Assembly: GCA_964622645.1 (NCBI GenBank)
Contig: CAZUSV010000001.1
Coordinates: 5,317-69,316 of the forward strand
Direction of reading: 5' to 3'
Source of the DNA: an uncultured Anaerolineales bacterium
Lineage (GTDB): Bacteria > Chloroflexota > Anaerolineae > Anaerolineales > UBA11858
Length of the DNA: 64,000 nt
A program made the translations under genes and the position numbers. Positions 26,234-35,426 of the stretch are shown piece after piece. The notes beneath the pieces are model-generated. The model saw only the letters and a program-made list of their open reading frames with translations, did no database searches and was not told where the DNA came from. The first letter of the stretch is position 1. Each line of letters starts with the position of its first letter.

Positions 26234-26506
26234 ATGCAACTGATTGTTGGTGTAACCGAATTGCAGCGCCGTTTCCGTTCGTTCTTCGATCAGGTAGTTG
26301 GCAAACGCACGCCGATCGTGCTGACCCGCGGTTCACGCCCTGAAGCAGCCTTGATCCCCTATGAGGATTATTTGCGCTTCCAGCAAATGCAAGAGAGCGA
26401 AGTTTTGGCCCGTTTCGATCAGGTCTGGAACCGGCTGGATGAACTCAACGCGGCATACAGTGATGATGAAATCGCAACTGATATCGAAGCCGCTCGCCAG
26501 GGATAG
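26234..26506 (+). CDS. type II antitoxin, Phd/YefM family
   Basis: MQLIVGVTELQRRFRSFFDQVVGKRTPIVLTRGSRPEAALIPYEDYLRF; 90 aa. The PIN gene starts 4 nt after its stop. Confidence 0.75.
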   Translation: MQLIVGVTELQRRFRSFFDQVVGKRTPIVLTRGSRPEAALIPYEDYLRFQQMQESEVLARFDQVWNRLDELNAAYSDDEIATDIEAARQG

Positions 26507-26509
26507 CTA

Positions 26510-26920
26510 ATGCGAGCCGTTATTGATACGGGTATATTCGTCAGCGCCTTGATCCGCAAGCGGGGACCCCTCGGTTCTATTCTGGGTGCCTTGCGCGATG
26601 GACGCTTTACAGCTATTTATACTACCGACATTATGGTAGAAATTATTGACGTCCTTGGGCGGGACAAATTTCGGGTCAAGTATCACATCGAATCTGATGA
26701 CGTTTCGGCCCTGATTCACTTGATTCGATTGCGCGGAGAGTTGGTCATTCCCAGCGAAAAAGTGACAGCCTGCCGCGACCCGAAAGACGACAAATTTCTG
26801 GAAGCTGCGCTGGCAGGCAGCGCTGATTGCATCGTTTCCTGCGATGCAGATCTACTCGATATGGAATCCTTTGACGATATTCCCATCATGCGCCCAGCAG
26901 AATTTAGTGCCCATATATGA
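26510..26920 (+). CDS. PIN-domain toxin (PIN_3 / TIGR00305-like)
   Basis: MRAVIDTGIFVSALI ... ACRDPKDDKFLEAALAGSADCIVSCDADLL. A different PIN subfamily from 11159-11575. Confidence 0.75.
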   Translation: MRAVIDTGIFVSALIRKRGPLGSILGALRDGRFTAIYTTDIMVEIIDVLGRDKFRVKYHIESDDVSALIHLIRLRGELVIPSEKVTACRDPKDDKFLEAALAGSADCIVSCDADLLDMESFDDIPIMRPAEFSAHI

Positions 26921-27078
26921 CTGCTGCGAGGATTCCAAAGGTGAATTCTAAGAGTTTTGAGTTGATTCCTTATACCTGTTCAGGGTATTCATTACAATAA
27001 TCCCAGGAAGGCTTCTTCCGTAATGGCTGAACACCAGCATAAGGCAAAAAACCGTAGAGATCTGGCGAGGAAATCACC

Positions 27079-28641
27079 ATGAAATGGACAATCTCGATTG
27101 GCCGCATCCGGGAGACAGAGATCCAATTACATCTCACCTTGATCCTGGTGGTCATCTATGTTCTGGTCGTTGGACAACCTGGTAGCGTGGGGACGGCCTT
27201 GTGGACCATCGGCACCATTTTAGCGCTGTTTGCTTGCATCTTTTTGCATGAATTGGGGCATACCCTGGTCTCATGGGCTTATGGCATCAAGGTCAGCAGC
27301 ATCATCCTGTGGCCGCTGGGCGGCTTTGCCGTTTTGGAACGCCAACCGGAAAAGCCGCTTGCTTCCATGCTGATTGCTGGCGTAGGACCGCTGGTCAATC
27401 TCGTACTGGCTGGCCTGGTGCTGGTAGTACTATTTAGCGGGTCATTATTCCAATTTCTCCCTGAGATAAATTTGCGCTCACCCCTGGGCGGTTTCCTGGC
27501 GATCCTGGTGATTATGAACGGCATTTTGGCCTTGTTCAATCTGTTCCCCATCTACCCCCTGGATGGCGGACGCGTGCTGCATGCGTTGTTCCAGATGGTT
27601 ATGGGGGCAGAGCGTGCAGACACCGCAATGCTGATCATCACTCTGCCATTGATCTTTGTGATGGCCGTCTATGCCATCCTGAGTGGAGAATTCCTACTGT
27701 TACTCACCAGTCTGCTGCTGTTGATGGGCGCCAGCACGCTCAACCTGAAATTGAGGCGTTGGGTCTCCCTGGCTTTCACAGCCCTCACCAATCGGGGCTC
27801 CTATTGCCTGCTTAGACGCGATTACGATAAAGCCATTACCCACTACAGCCGTTCGATCAAACGCTGGCCGTGGAATATTAATCTATATTTCACACGCGGC
27901 ATTGCCTATCTGGTTATTCAGGAAATCGATAAAGCCCAGGAGGATGCCGAAATGGCTTTCAAACTGGCTCCTGAGAACCCGCTGGCCTGGATCCTGAAGG
28001 GAGAAATATACGAAGCCAACGATGATCTCGAACAAGCGCTGGCCAGCTACCAACGTGCTGCGGAACTCAAACCAGGCTGGTACCTGCCCTATGCAGACTG
28101 TGCTGGTGTGCATATGGCCAGGGGAGATTTTTCCAAAGCTCTGGCTGACCTGGAGCAATCTTTCAAACTCAACCCCAGGTCCGATCTTGTGCATGTTTTG
28201 CGCTCCATGGTTCGCTACCGTCTGGGCGACCTGGATGGTTCTCAAAAAGATGGCGAGAAAGCCATCAAGTTGTTGCCGGAAAATTCACTTGTCTTTCCAG
28301 GGCCATTCCTGGTGCTGATGAAAGATCAGGTCGACTGGGCCGAAGGATATTATCACCAGGCGATGCAGATGTTGCCCAATTCATCGCTGCCCCATCAAGG
28401 TCTGGCAGACGCCTATGGCGTCAATGGGGAGTATGAAAAGGCTTTGATCGAGTGGGATCTGGCGATCCAAAAATCGCCCAAGCGAGCTGCCCTTTTCCTG
28501 GGTCGGGGGAGTGCCTACCTGCAGTTGGGAGAACGAGAGCAGGCGGGGGCTGAATTCCGTAAAGTGCTTTCTTTGAGCAAAAAAGCCCACATCCGACGGC
28601 AGACTGAGGTACAACTGCAAGCCCTGGCAGAAGAGACCTAA
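27079..28641 (+). CDS. M50 (site-2 protease family) zinc metalloprotease fused to a C-terminal TPR domain
   Basis: HExxH in IFLHELGHTLV. Second M50 motif NLFPIYPLDGGRVL. Several TM helices. The C-terminal half consists of TPR-like repeats (AITHYSRSIK..., ALASYQRAAELKP..., ALIEWDLAIQKSP...). Confidence 0.8.
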   Translation: MKWTISIGRIRETEIQLHLTLILVVIYVLVVGQPGSVGTALWTIGTILALFACIFLHELGHTLVSWAYGIKVSSIILWPLGGFAVLERQPEKPLASMLIAGVGPLVNLVLAGLVLVVLFSGSLFQFLPEINLRSPLGGFLAILVIMNGILALFNLFPIYPLDGGRVLHALFQMVMGAERADTAMLIITLPLIFVMAVYAILSGEFLLLLTSLLLLMGASTLNLKLRRWVSLAFTALTNRGSYCLLRRDYDKAITHYSRSIKRWPWNINLYFTRGIAYLVIQEIDKAQEDAEMAFKLAPENPLAWILKGEIYEANDDLEQALASYQRAAELKPGWYLPYADCAGVHMARGDFSKALADLEQSFKLNPRSDLVHVLRSMVRYRLGDLDGSQKDGEKAIKLLPENSLVFPGPFLVLMKDQVDWAEGYYHQAMQMLPNSSLPHQGLADAYGVNGEYEKALIEWDLAIQKSPKRAALFLGRGSAYLQLGEREQAGAEFRKVLSLSKKAHIRRQTEVQLQALAEET

Positions 28642-28692
28642 CCGGCTCCCGTAAGTCAACCCCCAGGATTTCTCATAGATTTGATATCCCCC

Positions 28693-29408
28693 ATGGCCAA
28701 AATAAATGAGTTGCTTCTGACCTATTATGGGGATGATTTAACAGGATCGACGGATTCACTGGAAGCATTGGAATTAGGTGGTGTTTCCACAGTTCTGTTT
28801 TTGGAGCCGCCGACTCCGGAGCAGTTGGCTCGATTTCCCAAGGTATGTGCCGTCGGTCTGGCGGGTGTCAGCCGCACGATGACCCCTGATGCGATGGATG
28901 ATGCCCTCCCAGGAGCATTCCAAAGCTTGAAGAATCTTGGAGCGCCGTTGACTCATTATAAAGTTTGCTCGACCTTCGACTCTTCCCCTGAAATTGGTAG
29001 CATCGGCCGGGCGACTGAGATTGGCAAGCGTGTATTCGCTACGCCGCTTATTCCAGTGATGGTAGGCGCGCCCAAGCTCAAGCGCTATGTGGTGTTTGGA
29101 AACCACTTTGCCAGCGTAGGAAATACCACCTATCGTCTTGACCGCCATCCAACCATGAGCAGACATCCTATCACCCCCATGGATGAAGGGGATCTGCGAT
29201 TGCACCTTGGGAAGCAAACCGACCTTTCCGTGGATATAATTTTGGTGGTTATGTGCTGGAATTTTTGGTCCCTTTGGGCGTGGCTACACCACTTTGCCGG
29301 GCTGGCTCTCATGACACTAATTTCGATGGGTTGGAGATCGCTTTGAAGGGGGGCCAACTAGGAGAAATTGATTTCTTTGAACGGGTATTAAGCGGACGAA
29401 AGATTTAG
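28693..29408 (+). pseudogene. four-carbon acid sugar kinase (DUF1537, OtnK/DtnK-like) gene with internal loss/frameshift
   Basis: N-terminal YYGDDLTGSTDSLEAL is the ADDxTGA-type motif. The ORF degenerates into nonsense (…LVVMCWNFWSLWAWLHHF) and stops at 29346. A different frame at 29343-29408 reads LKGGQLGEIDFFERVLSGRKI*, typical of this family's C-terminus. The central part is missing. Confidence 0.6.
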
Positions 29409-29424
29409 TAAGTTAGATTATACG

Positions 29425-29628
29425 TTATGTCAGTTTTGGGACAAATCTCCCTGAATTTTGCTGATATTCACGATATTTCTCTCCGAAAGTTTCCACAAGC
29501 ATGGCCTCTTCACTTTGGACGCGGTCGATGATCAACAAACTGTAGATAAATCCAATTGGGTGATCGTGCTGATGGGGTATCGCGATTTGAGTTGGGATGC
29601 GTTCCCTTATAAAGAATATTACCCCCAC
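29425..29628 (-). pseudogene. C-terminal fragment of an isoprenylcysteine carboxyl methyltransferase (ICMT)-like membrane methyltransferase
   Basis: ...HDHPIGFIYSLLIIDRVQSEEAMLVETFGEKYREYQQNSGRFVPKLT* resembles the RHPxYxG...EExxLxxxFGxxYxxYxxxxxRxxP tail. No N-terminal half is present. Confidence 0.4.
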
Positions 29629-30039
29629 TATTTTGGCCCCTATTGGTGGGAGGTATTTCTGGTGCCGGTTTGGGCTTTGGCCTGCCTTGCTACTTCCTGG
29701 GGTGATGGTTGGGAGGTATGGGCACCTTCAAACAGGTCATTGCTATGATCGTGCTGGCCTCAGTGGTTTCTTTGCCAATCATGTTTACGGTCGACCTGCT
29801 CTTGCCTGACCCAGAATATCTACCTAATTTTACGCATCATTTCTATCATTGTTTTGATCTTAGGCATCGCCATGCTGGTGTATTGGGGTATGTATGTCCT
29901 CCAGGGGATGCCTGGTGACAGTTTAGATTTTTCGTCCCCTTTTGGGGCTTTTACCGATGCTGTGCTGTTTCAGCTGATACTCGTCTTTACGGTTTTCCTG
30001 TCAGTTATCGTCTGGCAGAATCGAGCATTATTTAAGTAG
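29458..30039 (+). pseudogene. probable frameshift-riddled membrane-protein gene
   Basis: Four consecutive overlapping plus-strand ORFs in different frames (29458-29748, 29597-29809, 29709-29918, 29854-30039), each encoding hydrophobic helix-like segments. Confidence 0.3.
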
Positions 30040-30094
30040 AACGGCTTGATTTCCTTGAAAAGCATTCAATAACAGCAAGGTTTGAGAGGTAGTG

Positions 30095-30529
30095 ATGGCA
30101 AAACAATATCAAGTAAATAGACAAGTCCGCTTTGTGAACAAAATGATAGCGCGCATGATCCGCTGGAACATCGCCCCGCCGCGCACCTATCTAATGACGG
30201 TACGCGGACGTAAAACAGGCAAACTTTATTCTACGCCCGTGACCCTGATTGAGCGGGACGAACAACGCTGGTTAGTCTCACCTTATGGAGAAGTCAACTG
30301 GGTCAAGAATGCGCGTGCTGCAGGCGAAGTCAGCCTTTCCCGCGGTGGCAAGACGGAGACGTGTAGTCTGCATGAACTTGACCTGAAAGAAAGCGCCGTA
30401 GTGGTCAAAGAGTATCTCACCATTGAGGGATTCGTTCGCCCCTATTTCGATGTCGGCCCCGATTCACCTATTGAAGCGTTCGAGGCTGAAGAAGCTCAAC
30501 GTCCAGTATTCCGTTTGGATGCAAAATGA
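30095..30529 (+). CDS. DUF385 / deazaflavin-dependent nitroreductase-family (PNPOx-like split barrel) protein
   Basis: FVNKMIARMIRWNIAPPRTYLMTVRGRKTGKLYSTPVTLIERDEQRWLVSPYGEVNWVKNARAAGEVSL. RBS GAGAGG 8 nt before ATG 30095. Confidence 0.6.
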   Translation: MAKQYQVNRQVRFVNKMIARMIRWNIAPPRTYLMTVRGRKTGKLYSTPVTLIERDEQRWLVSPYGEVNWVKNARAAGEVSLSRGGKTETCSLHELDLKESAVVVKEYLTIEGFVRPYFDVGPDSPIEAFEAEEAQRPVFRLDAK

Positions 30530-30534
30530 AAACC

Positions 30535-30848
30535 AATTGTTAATCACCTGGTCGAGCGATATGGCGCAGACGAAGGATGAAACGATCTGCTCTCCATTGA
30601 ATTTGCCCTCGTTGGCGTAAAGCAGGCCGAATTTGGCCAAATCGCGAGCTGCGAAGTGGATTTCGCCATGCCCGATGTAGTAGCCGTCTTGATCTTGCGT
30701 TCATTTGATGACTTCAACGCCTGCAACCAGATAGCCATTCTTGAAGACCAGCAAGCTGTAGCCCGTTTCCGGTTGGGAGGCGTTGCAATACAGTTCTGCT
30801 ACAAGCTCTGGGGCGAGTCCCAATTCCTCGGCTGTTTTCTTTGTCCAG
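30535..30848 (-). pseudogene. remnant of a serine hydrolase (beta-lactamase/transpeptidase-like family)
   Basis: Minus-strand translation ...GYSLLVFKNGYLVAGVEVIK*TQDQDGYYIGHGEIHFAARDLAKFGLLYANEGKFNGEQIVSS... The segment DLAKFGLLYxNxGKxNGxQIVS is typical of the family. There is an in-frame stop and no start. Confidence 0.5.
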
Positions 30849-30850
30849 GG

Positions 30851-31996
30851 CTATCCAATGTCAGCAGATCGCCAGTTAGATTTCACCAGTTGAGCTATTG
30901 ATCGATATCCCGAGACAACCAGATTGCTGGCCAAATAGGTCAAGGTGATCAGCAGTACCCATTTCAGGACGGCGGGCAGGCCGGTGTTCAGCAGCAGCGT
31001 GCCGAAAACCCCAATCATGATCACATGGATGATGTACACACCGTATGAATTGCGGTTCAGTTCACTCCAGACCTTTCCCGTTTTATCCAGGTAGCGCCAG
31101 AAACTTTCTACCAGCACATAGACCATCACTAGGGAAGATAGGTGGAAGCTTACGAACCAAAGGATCCGGTATAAGGGTGTAACTGAAAAATCGCCGGTGA
31201 GGAAAGGCCACAGGCGGAGGAAGATATGCCCGGTAACCGGCAGCCAGGCGACCGAATTTGCCACGGTGTAGAGCGTTTTACTCTTAGGCAGCTCTTCAAA
31301 GACCTTCTGCTGGTAGCACAGCGCACCGACCAGGAAAAACAGCAAGTGGGCCAACACCCTTTCATTTTCAAAGTCCAGGATCGGGGTCAGGGTCCAGCTG
31401 CGGAAGCCCAACAGGCCGCCGATAACATAGCTGAAAGCCACGCTGAGTAAGAAGAACAGGATCACAACCCAGACCAGTGAGAGCTTATGGAATTTGATTC
31501 CGGCTTTGTCGAGCAGTAGATAGATCAGGCTGAACAAAAAGAGCAGCGGCAGGAACCAGAGCCAGTTCTGGCTGTTGGGGTTGGTGATATGGAAATATGT
31601 GCTCCAATTCTCTTGTGGCATGCCGCGCGAATACAGGAAGATCACCTTGTAGAGCGGGATCAGCGTCAACACGGCAACCAACCAGGGCAGCAGCAGGCGG
31701 TTAGCCTTGGTCTTGATAAACTGCCAATCCGTTTTGGTCTCCAGAGAGGCCGGTGCCAAATATCCAGAGATGAAGAAGATCGCCGGCATGACCAGGATAT
31801 CGAACATGATCCCCACGATTCCCACCCAGGTGATGGTGTCGGGGTCATCAACGATCCAGAACCAGCCCCACAACCCGGCAGCTTCGTATACGCCCCCGAC
31901 GTGGTACAGCACTACCAGCAGGATGATGATTGTTCTGAGGTTGTCCATCCAGTGGATGCGGTTCTTTTGGGTTGGAGAGTGTTCTTGTGTGGTCAT
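30851..31996 (-). CDS. acyltransferase family 3 (OafA/OpgC-like) integral membrane O-acyltransferase
   Basis: RIHWMDNLRTIIILLVVLYHVGGVY at the N-terminus and about 10 TM helices. Start moved to ATG 31996 (RBS AAGGAG 7 nt upstream). Confidence 0.75.
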   Translation of the reverse strand: MTTQEHSPTQKNRIHWMDNLRTIIILLVVLYHVGGVYEAAGLWGWFWIVDDPDTITWVGIVGIMFDILVMPAIFFISGYLAPASLETKTDWQFIKTKANRLLLPWLVAVLTLIPLYKVIFLYSRGMPQENWSTYFHITNPNSQNWLWFLPLLFLFSLIYLLLDKAGIKFHKLSLVWVVILFFLLSVAFSYVIGGLLGFRSWTLTPILDFENERVLAHLLFFLVGALCYQQKVFEELPKSKTLYTVANSVAWLPVTGHIFLRLWPFLTGDFSVTPLYRILWFVSFHLSSLVMVYVLVESFWRYLDKTGKVWSELNRNSYGVYIIHVIMIGVFGTLLLNTGLPAVLKWVLLITLTYLASNLVVSGYRSIAQLVKSNWRSADIG

Positions 31997-32092
31997 ATTT
32001 TTCTCCTTGTACAAAGAATACTGTTGAACTTCATTCACTTGCTGGCCCTTCTCTTGTCCAGAGAGGGTGTCGCATAATTCCCCTGTGTCGGT

Positions 32093-32788
32093 CTAAAACT
32101 GTTTGAACATATTTCGCCTGGCTTCTTGGATATGTGCTTGCATAAGGTTTTCTGCAGTTTCCATATCGTTTGCAAGAATTGCATCGACGATATCCTTATG
32201 TTCTTGGGTTCCTTGCACAAGATATGAAGCGTTGTAATAATCCTGGAAAACAATACCCACTACTCGATTCCTTGCCTCAAGAACAAGTTTTCCGAGCAAT
32301 CTGTTAGGGCAATACTCACTTAGCGTTTCATGCCATATTGTGTCTGCTTTTGACCAGGCCAGACGATCACCTGCTTGGGCAGCTTTTTCCATTTCCTGAG
32401 TGGTTTCTTGCATTATTTTTCGTGCTTCATCGGGCAGGCTGCCGGCTGCCAAACGCGTCAGTTCTGGTTCGAGCAATTCTCGGATGTGGAGTGCATCCAG
32501 AACATCTTGGATTGAAGGTGCGGCAACTGCGATAGCTCGGCCAGGGATGACTTGAAGTACTCCCTCCTGAGCCAAACGGCGAATCGCCTCTCGAACCGGA
32601 GTTCTGCTGATCCCTAACGCCTTAGAAATGCGACCTTCCGAAAGTAAATCACCAGGATGAACCTCAGTCTGTTTTAGCGCGATCTTCAAACGTTCATATG
32701 CCACTTGATGCAGCAGGCGAGAATCTGTATCATCGATTGGCTCCATCGCTGAAATAAATTGTTCCAGATTTTTCATTGATTTGCTCAT
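32093..32788 (-). CDS. GntR-family transcriptional regulator, FadR/FCD subfamily
   Basis: wHTH LSEGRISKALGISRTPVREAIRRLAQEGVLQVIPGRAIAV plus an FCD-type helical C-domain. 231 aa. Confidence 0.85.
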   Translation of the reverse strand: MSKSMKNLEQFISAMEPIDDTDSRLLHQVAYERLKIALKQTEVHPGDLLSEGRISKALGISRTPVREAIRRLAQEGVLQVIPGRAIAVAAPSIQDVLDALHIRELLEPELTRLAAGSLPDEARKIMQETTQEMEKAAQAGDRLAWSKADTIWHETLSEYCPNRLLGKLVLEARNRVVGIVFQDYYNASYLVQGTQEHKDIVDAILANDMETAENLMQAHIQEARRNMFKQF

Positions 32789-32901
32789 AATGCCATTCTT
32801 TCTGATGTATACAACATGTATATGGCCTATCTAGAGTGTCCAATTGAACATAATTTCCTTGGTTTTGTCAAGCAAATATGATCACCAATGGTTTTACCTT
32901 A

Positions 32902-33000
32902 ATGTCAACTTCGCGAGAACTTCCGAAAATAGGGGGATGCGGGGGCGCGGAGCACCCCCGCATCCCCCTATTTTCAGGCTCCTCGTCTGAAAGTTGACAT
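32902..33000. repeat. 99-nt imperfect palindrome with a perfect 21-bp GC-rich inner stem, in the divergent GntR intergenic region
   Basis: Outer arms ATGTCAACTT (32902-32911) / AAGTTGACAT (32991-33000). Inner arms GAAAATAGGGGGATGCGGGGG (32925-32945) / CCCCCGCATCCCCCTATTTTC (32955-32975), 9-nt loop. Confidence 0.85.
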
Positions 33001-33054
33001 TGTCAAGCTAGAAACCATTTCTGGTGAATCAAAAATATTTTAATGTTTGGGAAG

Positions 33055-33082
33055 TTGACAAGCTACATACTTCATGTATAAT
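33055..33082 (+). promoter_or_regulatory. near-consensus sigma-70-type promoter for the plus-strand GntR gene, followed by a TGTATACA palindrome
   Basis: TTGACA (33055-33060), 16 nt, TATAAT (33077-33082). TGTATACA at 33097-33104. The same octamer occurs at 32806-32813 in front of the minus-strand GntR gene, which has TTGACA-N17-TTCAAT on its own strand (-35 is the reverse complement of 32867-32872). Confidence 0.45.
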
Positions 33083-33140
33083 CAACAAATACATGCTGTA
33101 TACAATCCATATATTGGCAGAACACAATCGTTAAGCCCCT

Positions 33141-33836
33141 ATGGATGACTCCCTGAATTCAACACTTCAACAAGACGACCCAATATCCGCAGAATCGCCG
33201 CGCCTTTTAAGCGAAGTTGCTTACGAGCGCATCAAGGATGCTATTCGCAATGCGGACCTTGAGCCTGGACAACCACTTTCAGAAACTAAACTCTCAAAAC
33301 TGCTAGGAATCAGCAGGACACCAGTTCGCGAAGCGATACATCAATTAGCTCAAGAAGGTTTAGTGCAGATAATTCCCGGACGGGCAGTAACAGTTGCATC
33401 TCTTTCAGTTCAGGAGGTACTCAACGCTGTCCATGTGCGGACAATTCTGGAGCCCGAAGTGGCCCGTTTGGCAGCAGTGTCTATTTCTCCAGAAGATCTT
33501 GAGGCGCTTTGGAAAATTTTAGTGCAAATGGAACAAGCGATTGAGGGTGAGGACCGGGTAGCGTGGGCCAAAGCGGACAGCCAGTTTCATGAAATTTTGA
33601 GTGCTTCATGTCCGAATAAACTCCTGGGGGATATGGCTATTCAAGTTCGTAACCGGATTTCTTATCTGTCATCTGATAATCAAACGGGCCAAAAACGCAT
33701 GCAAGCCTGTACCCAAGAACACCGCCAGATTGTTGATGCCATTGCCGCAGGGGATCCACAAGAGGCTGAAGAAACCATGCGTAATCATCTGACTATGCTT
33801 CGAGAAAGTTATTTCCGTCGGCTTACGCTAACCTGA
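33141..33836 (+). CDS. GntR-family transcriptional regulator, FadR/FCD subfamily (paralogue of 32093-32788)
   Basis: LSETKLSKLLGISRTPVREAIHQLAQEGLVQIIPGRAVTV plus an FCD domain. Same length (231 aa) and alignable end to end with the divergent neighbour. Confidence 0.85.
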   Translation: MDDSLNSTLQQDDPISAESPRLLSEVAYERIKDAIRNADLEPGQPLSETKLSKLLGISRTPVREAIHQLAQEGLVQIIPGRAVTVASLSVQEVLNAVHVRTILEPEVARLAAVSISPEDLEALWKILVQMEQAIEGEDRVAWAKADSQFHEILSASCPNKLLGDMAIQVRNRISYLSSDNQTGQKRMQACTQEHRQIVDAIAAGDPQEAEETMRNHLTMLRESYFRRLTLT

Positions 33837-33986
33837 GAATTATGTTCGAGAAGCATAAATCTACTTGCCCTGGTAACCTGGGGCTTGAAAGGAGGTGAGG
33901 TGCCCAAAAAAATATAAATAGGCAAATCAACAATACGTATCTTAAAGTCAACCTTTTACTTAATAAAATACAAGGAGAAGAACATT

Positions 33987-35312
33987 ATGTCGAAAAGATT
34001 AATTGTCGTGTTGATGCTCAGTCTGGTCTTTATTTTGGCTGGTTTTAGATCAGCTGATTCTCATATCTCTGAGATCACGATTCTCTGGGCACAATGGGAC
34101 CCGGCAGACTACTTGCAGCAGATCGGCAATATGTACGAAGCCGAGACCGGCATCAAGGTGAACATCGTTCAGGAGCCCTGGGGATCCTTCCAGGATCGCT
34201 TCTTCACCGAGATGGCAGCCGGTGGCGACGCCTGGGACATGGTTGTTGGTGACAGCCAGTGGCTGGGTGCAGGTTCGACCCAAGGTCACTACTTGGACCT
34301 GACTGAGTTCCTGACTAGCACCGGCATTGCTGACACGGTCACGCCCGCAACCTTGACCTACTATGGTGAATATCCAACCGGATCGGGCAATTACTGGGCT
34401 TACCCCACTGAGGGTGACGCCGATGGTTGGGCCTACCGCAAGGACCTCTTCGAGGATCCCGATGAAATGGCCGCCTTCGAAGCCGAGTATGGCTATCCTC
34501 TGGACGTTCCTGAAGACTACACTCAGTTCACGGACATCGCCAAATTCTTTACCCGACCAGATGAAGGCCTTTACGGCGTGGCCATCTACGGCCAGAATGG
34601 TTATGACTCCATGGTGATGGGTGTCGAGAACACCATGTTTGCCTGGGGTGCTTCCTGGCAGGATGAGAACAATGTCGTCGAGGGTGTGGTTAACAGCGAG
34701 CGTGCTGTTGAAGCACTCGAGGCCTACAAAGAACTCTTCGATTGCTGCAGTCCACCAGGTATGTCGGCGGCTTTCTTTACCGAGACCAATGATGCCTTCA
34801 TCAGCGGCCAGTCTGTGATGGCGATGAACTTCTTCGCCTTCTTCCCGGCTCTCGTCAGTCCGGATGTCAATCCCTATGCCGAAGGTACTGGCTTCTTCGC
34901 CAACCCCGCCGGTCCCTACGGCGATCGTGGTGCGGCTCTGGGTGGCCAGGGCATGAGCGTCATCAACTACATCAGTGATGATCGCAAACAGGCCGCCTTG
35001 GACTTCATCGAGTGGTTCGCTCAGGAAGATATTCAGCTCGAGTGGGCGGCATTGGGCGGCTACACCTGCAATGCCAATGTGCTCGAATCCGACACCTTCC
35101 TGAATGCTACCCCCTTCAACCCGGCCTTTGCTGAGACCATGACCATCGTCAAAGACTTCTGGAATGTCCCGGTTTATGATCCTCTGCTGCAGGCTGCCAA
35201 TAAAGAATTTGGTGCCTACATCATCGAGGGTATCGGCACGGCTCAAGAGACAATGGATAACGTTGCTGAACAGCATACCGAGATCCTCCAGGATGCTGGC
35301 ATTCTCGAATAG
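33987..35312 (+). CDS. ABC transporter extracellular solute-binding protein, family 1 (sugar, CUT1)
   Basis: 441 aa, signal-anchor N-terminus, RBS AAGGAG. Typical SBP_bac_1 features (ITILWAQWDPADYL..., GDAWDMVVGDSQWLG). Confidence 0.8.
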   Translation: MSKRLIVVLMLSLVFILAGFRSADSHISEITILWAQWDPADYLQQIGNMYEAETGIKVNIVQEPWGSFQDRFFTEMAAGGDAWDMVVGDSQWLGAGSTQGHYLDLTEFLTSTGIADTVTPATLTYYGEYPTGSGNYWAYPTEGDADGWAYRKDLFEDPDEMAAFEAEYGYPLDVPEDYTQFTDIAKFFTRPDEGLYGVAIYGQNGYDSMVMGVENTMFAWGASWQDENNVVEGVVNSERAVEALEAYKELFDCCSPPGMSAAFFTETNDAFISGQSVMAMNFFAFFPALVSPDVNPYAEGTGFFANPAGPYGDRGAALGGQGMSVINYISDDRKQAALDFIEWFAQEDIQLEWAALGGYTCNANVLESDTFLNATPFNPAFAETMTIVKDFWNVPVYDPLLQAANKEFGAYIIEGIGTAQETMDNVAEQHTEILQDAGILE

Positions 35313-35426
35313 GATTCCATCTCAAAACTGTGGATAGGAGACTGTCTGCAGTCGTTTACAACCATTGGAGAGGCGGTGAAAGCCGCCTCTCCAATGGACA
35401 CGATTTTCACAGAAAGAGGACAACTT

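Noticed and set aside
34050-35276. 408-aa minus-strand ORF antisense to the solute-binding protein gene. Similar long antisense ORFs: 40697-41221, 41726-42295, 44345-45103, 50315-51118, 52795-53655, 59137-59730, 61234-61734.
   Set aside because: Each lies entirely inside a plus-strand gene with clear family motifs, an RBS and operon context. Their translations are low-complexity (Gly/Arg/His/Val-rich) with no recognisable motif, which is typical of stop-poor antisense frames in GC-richer DNA.
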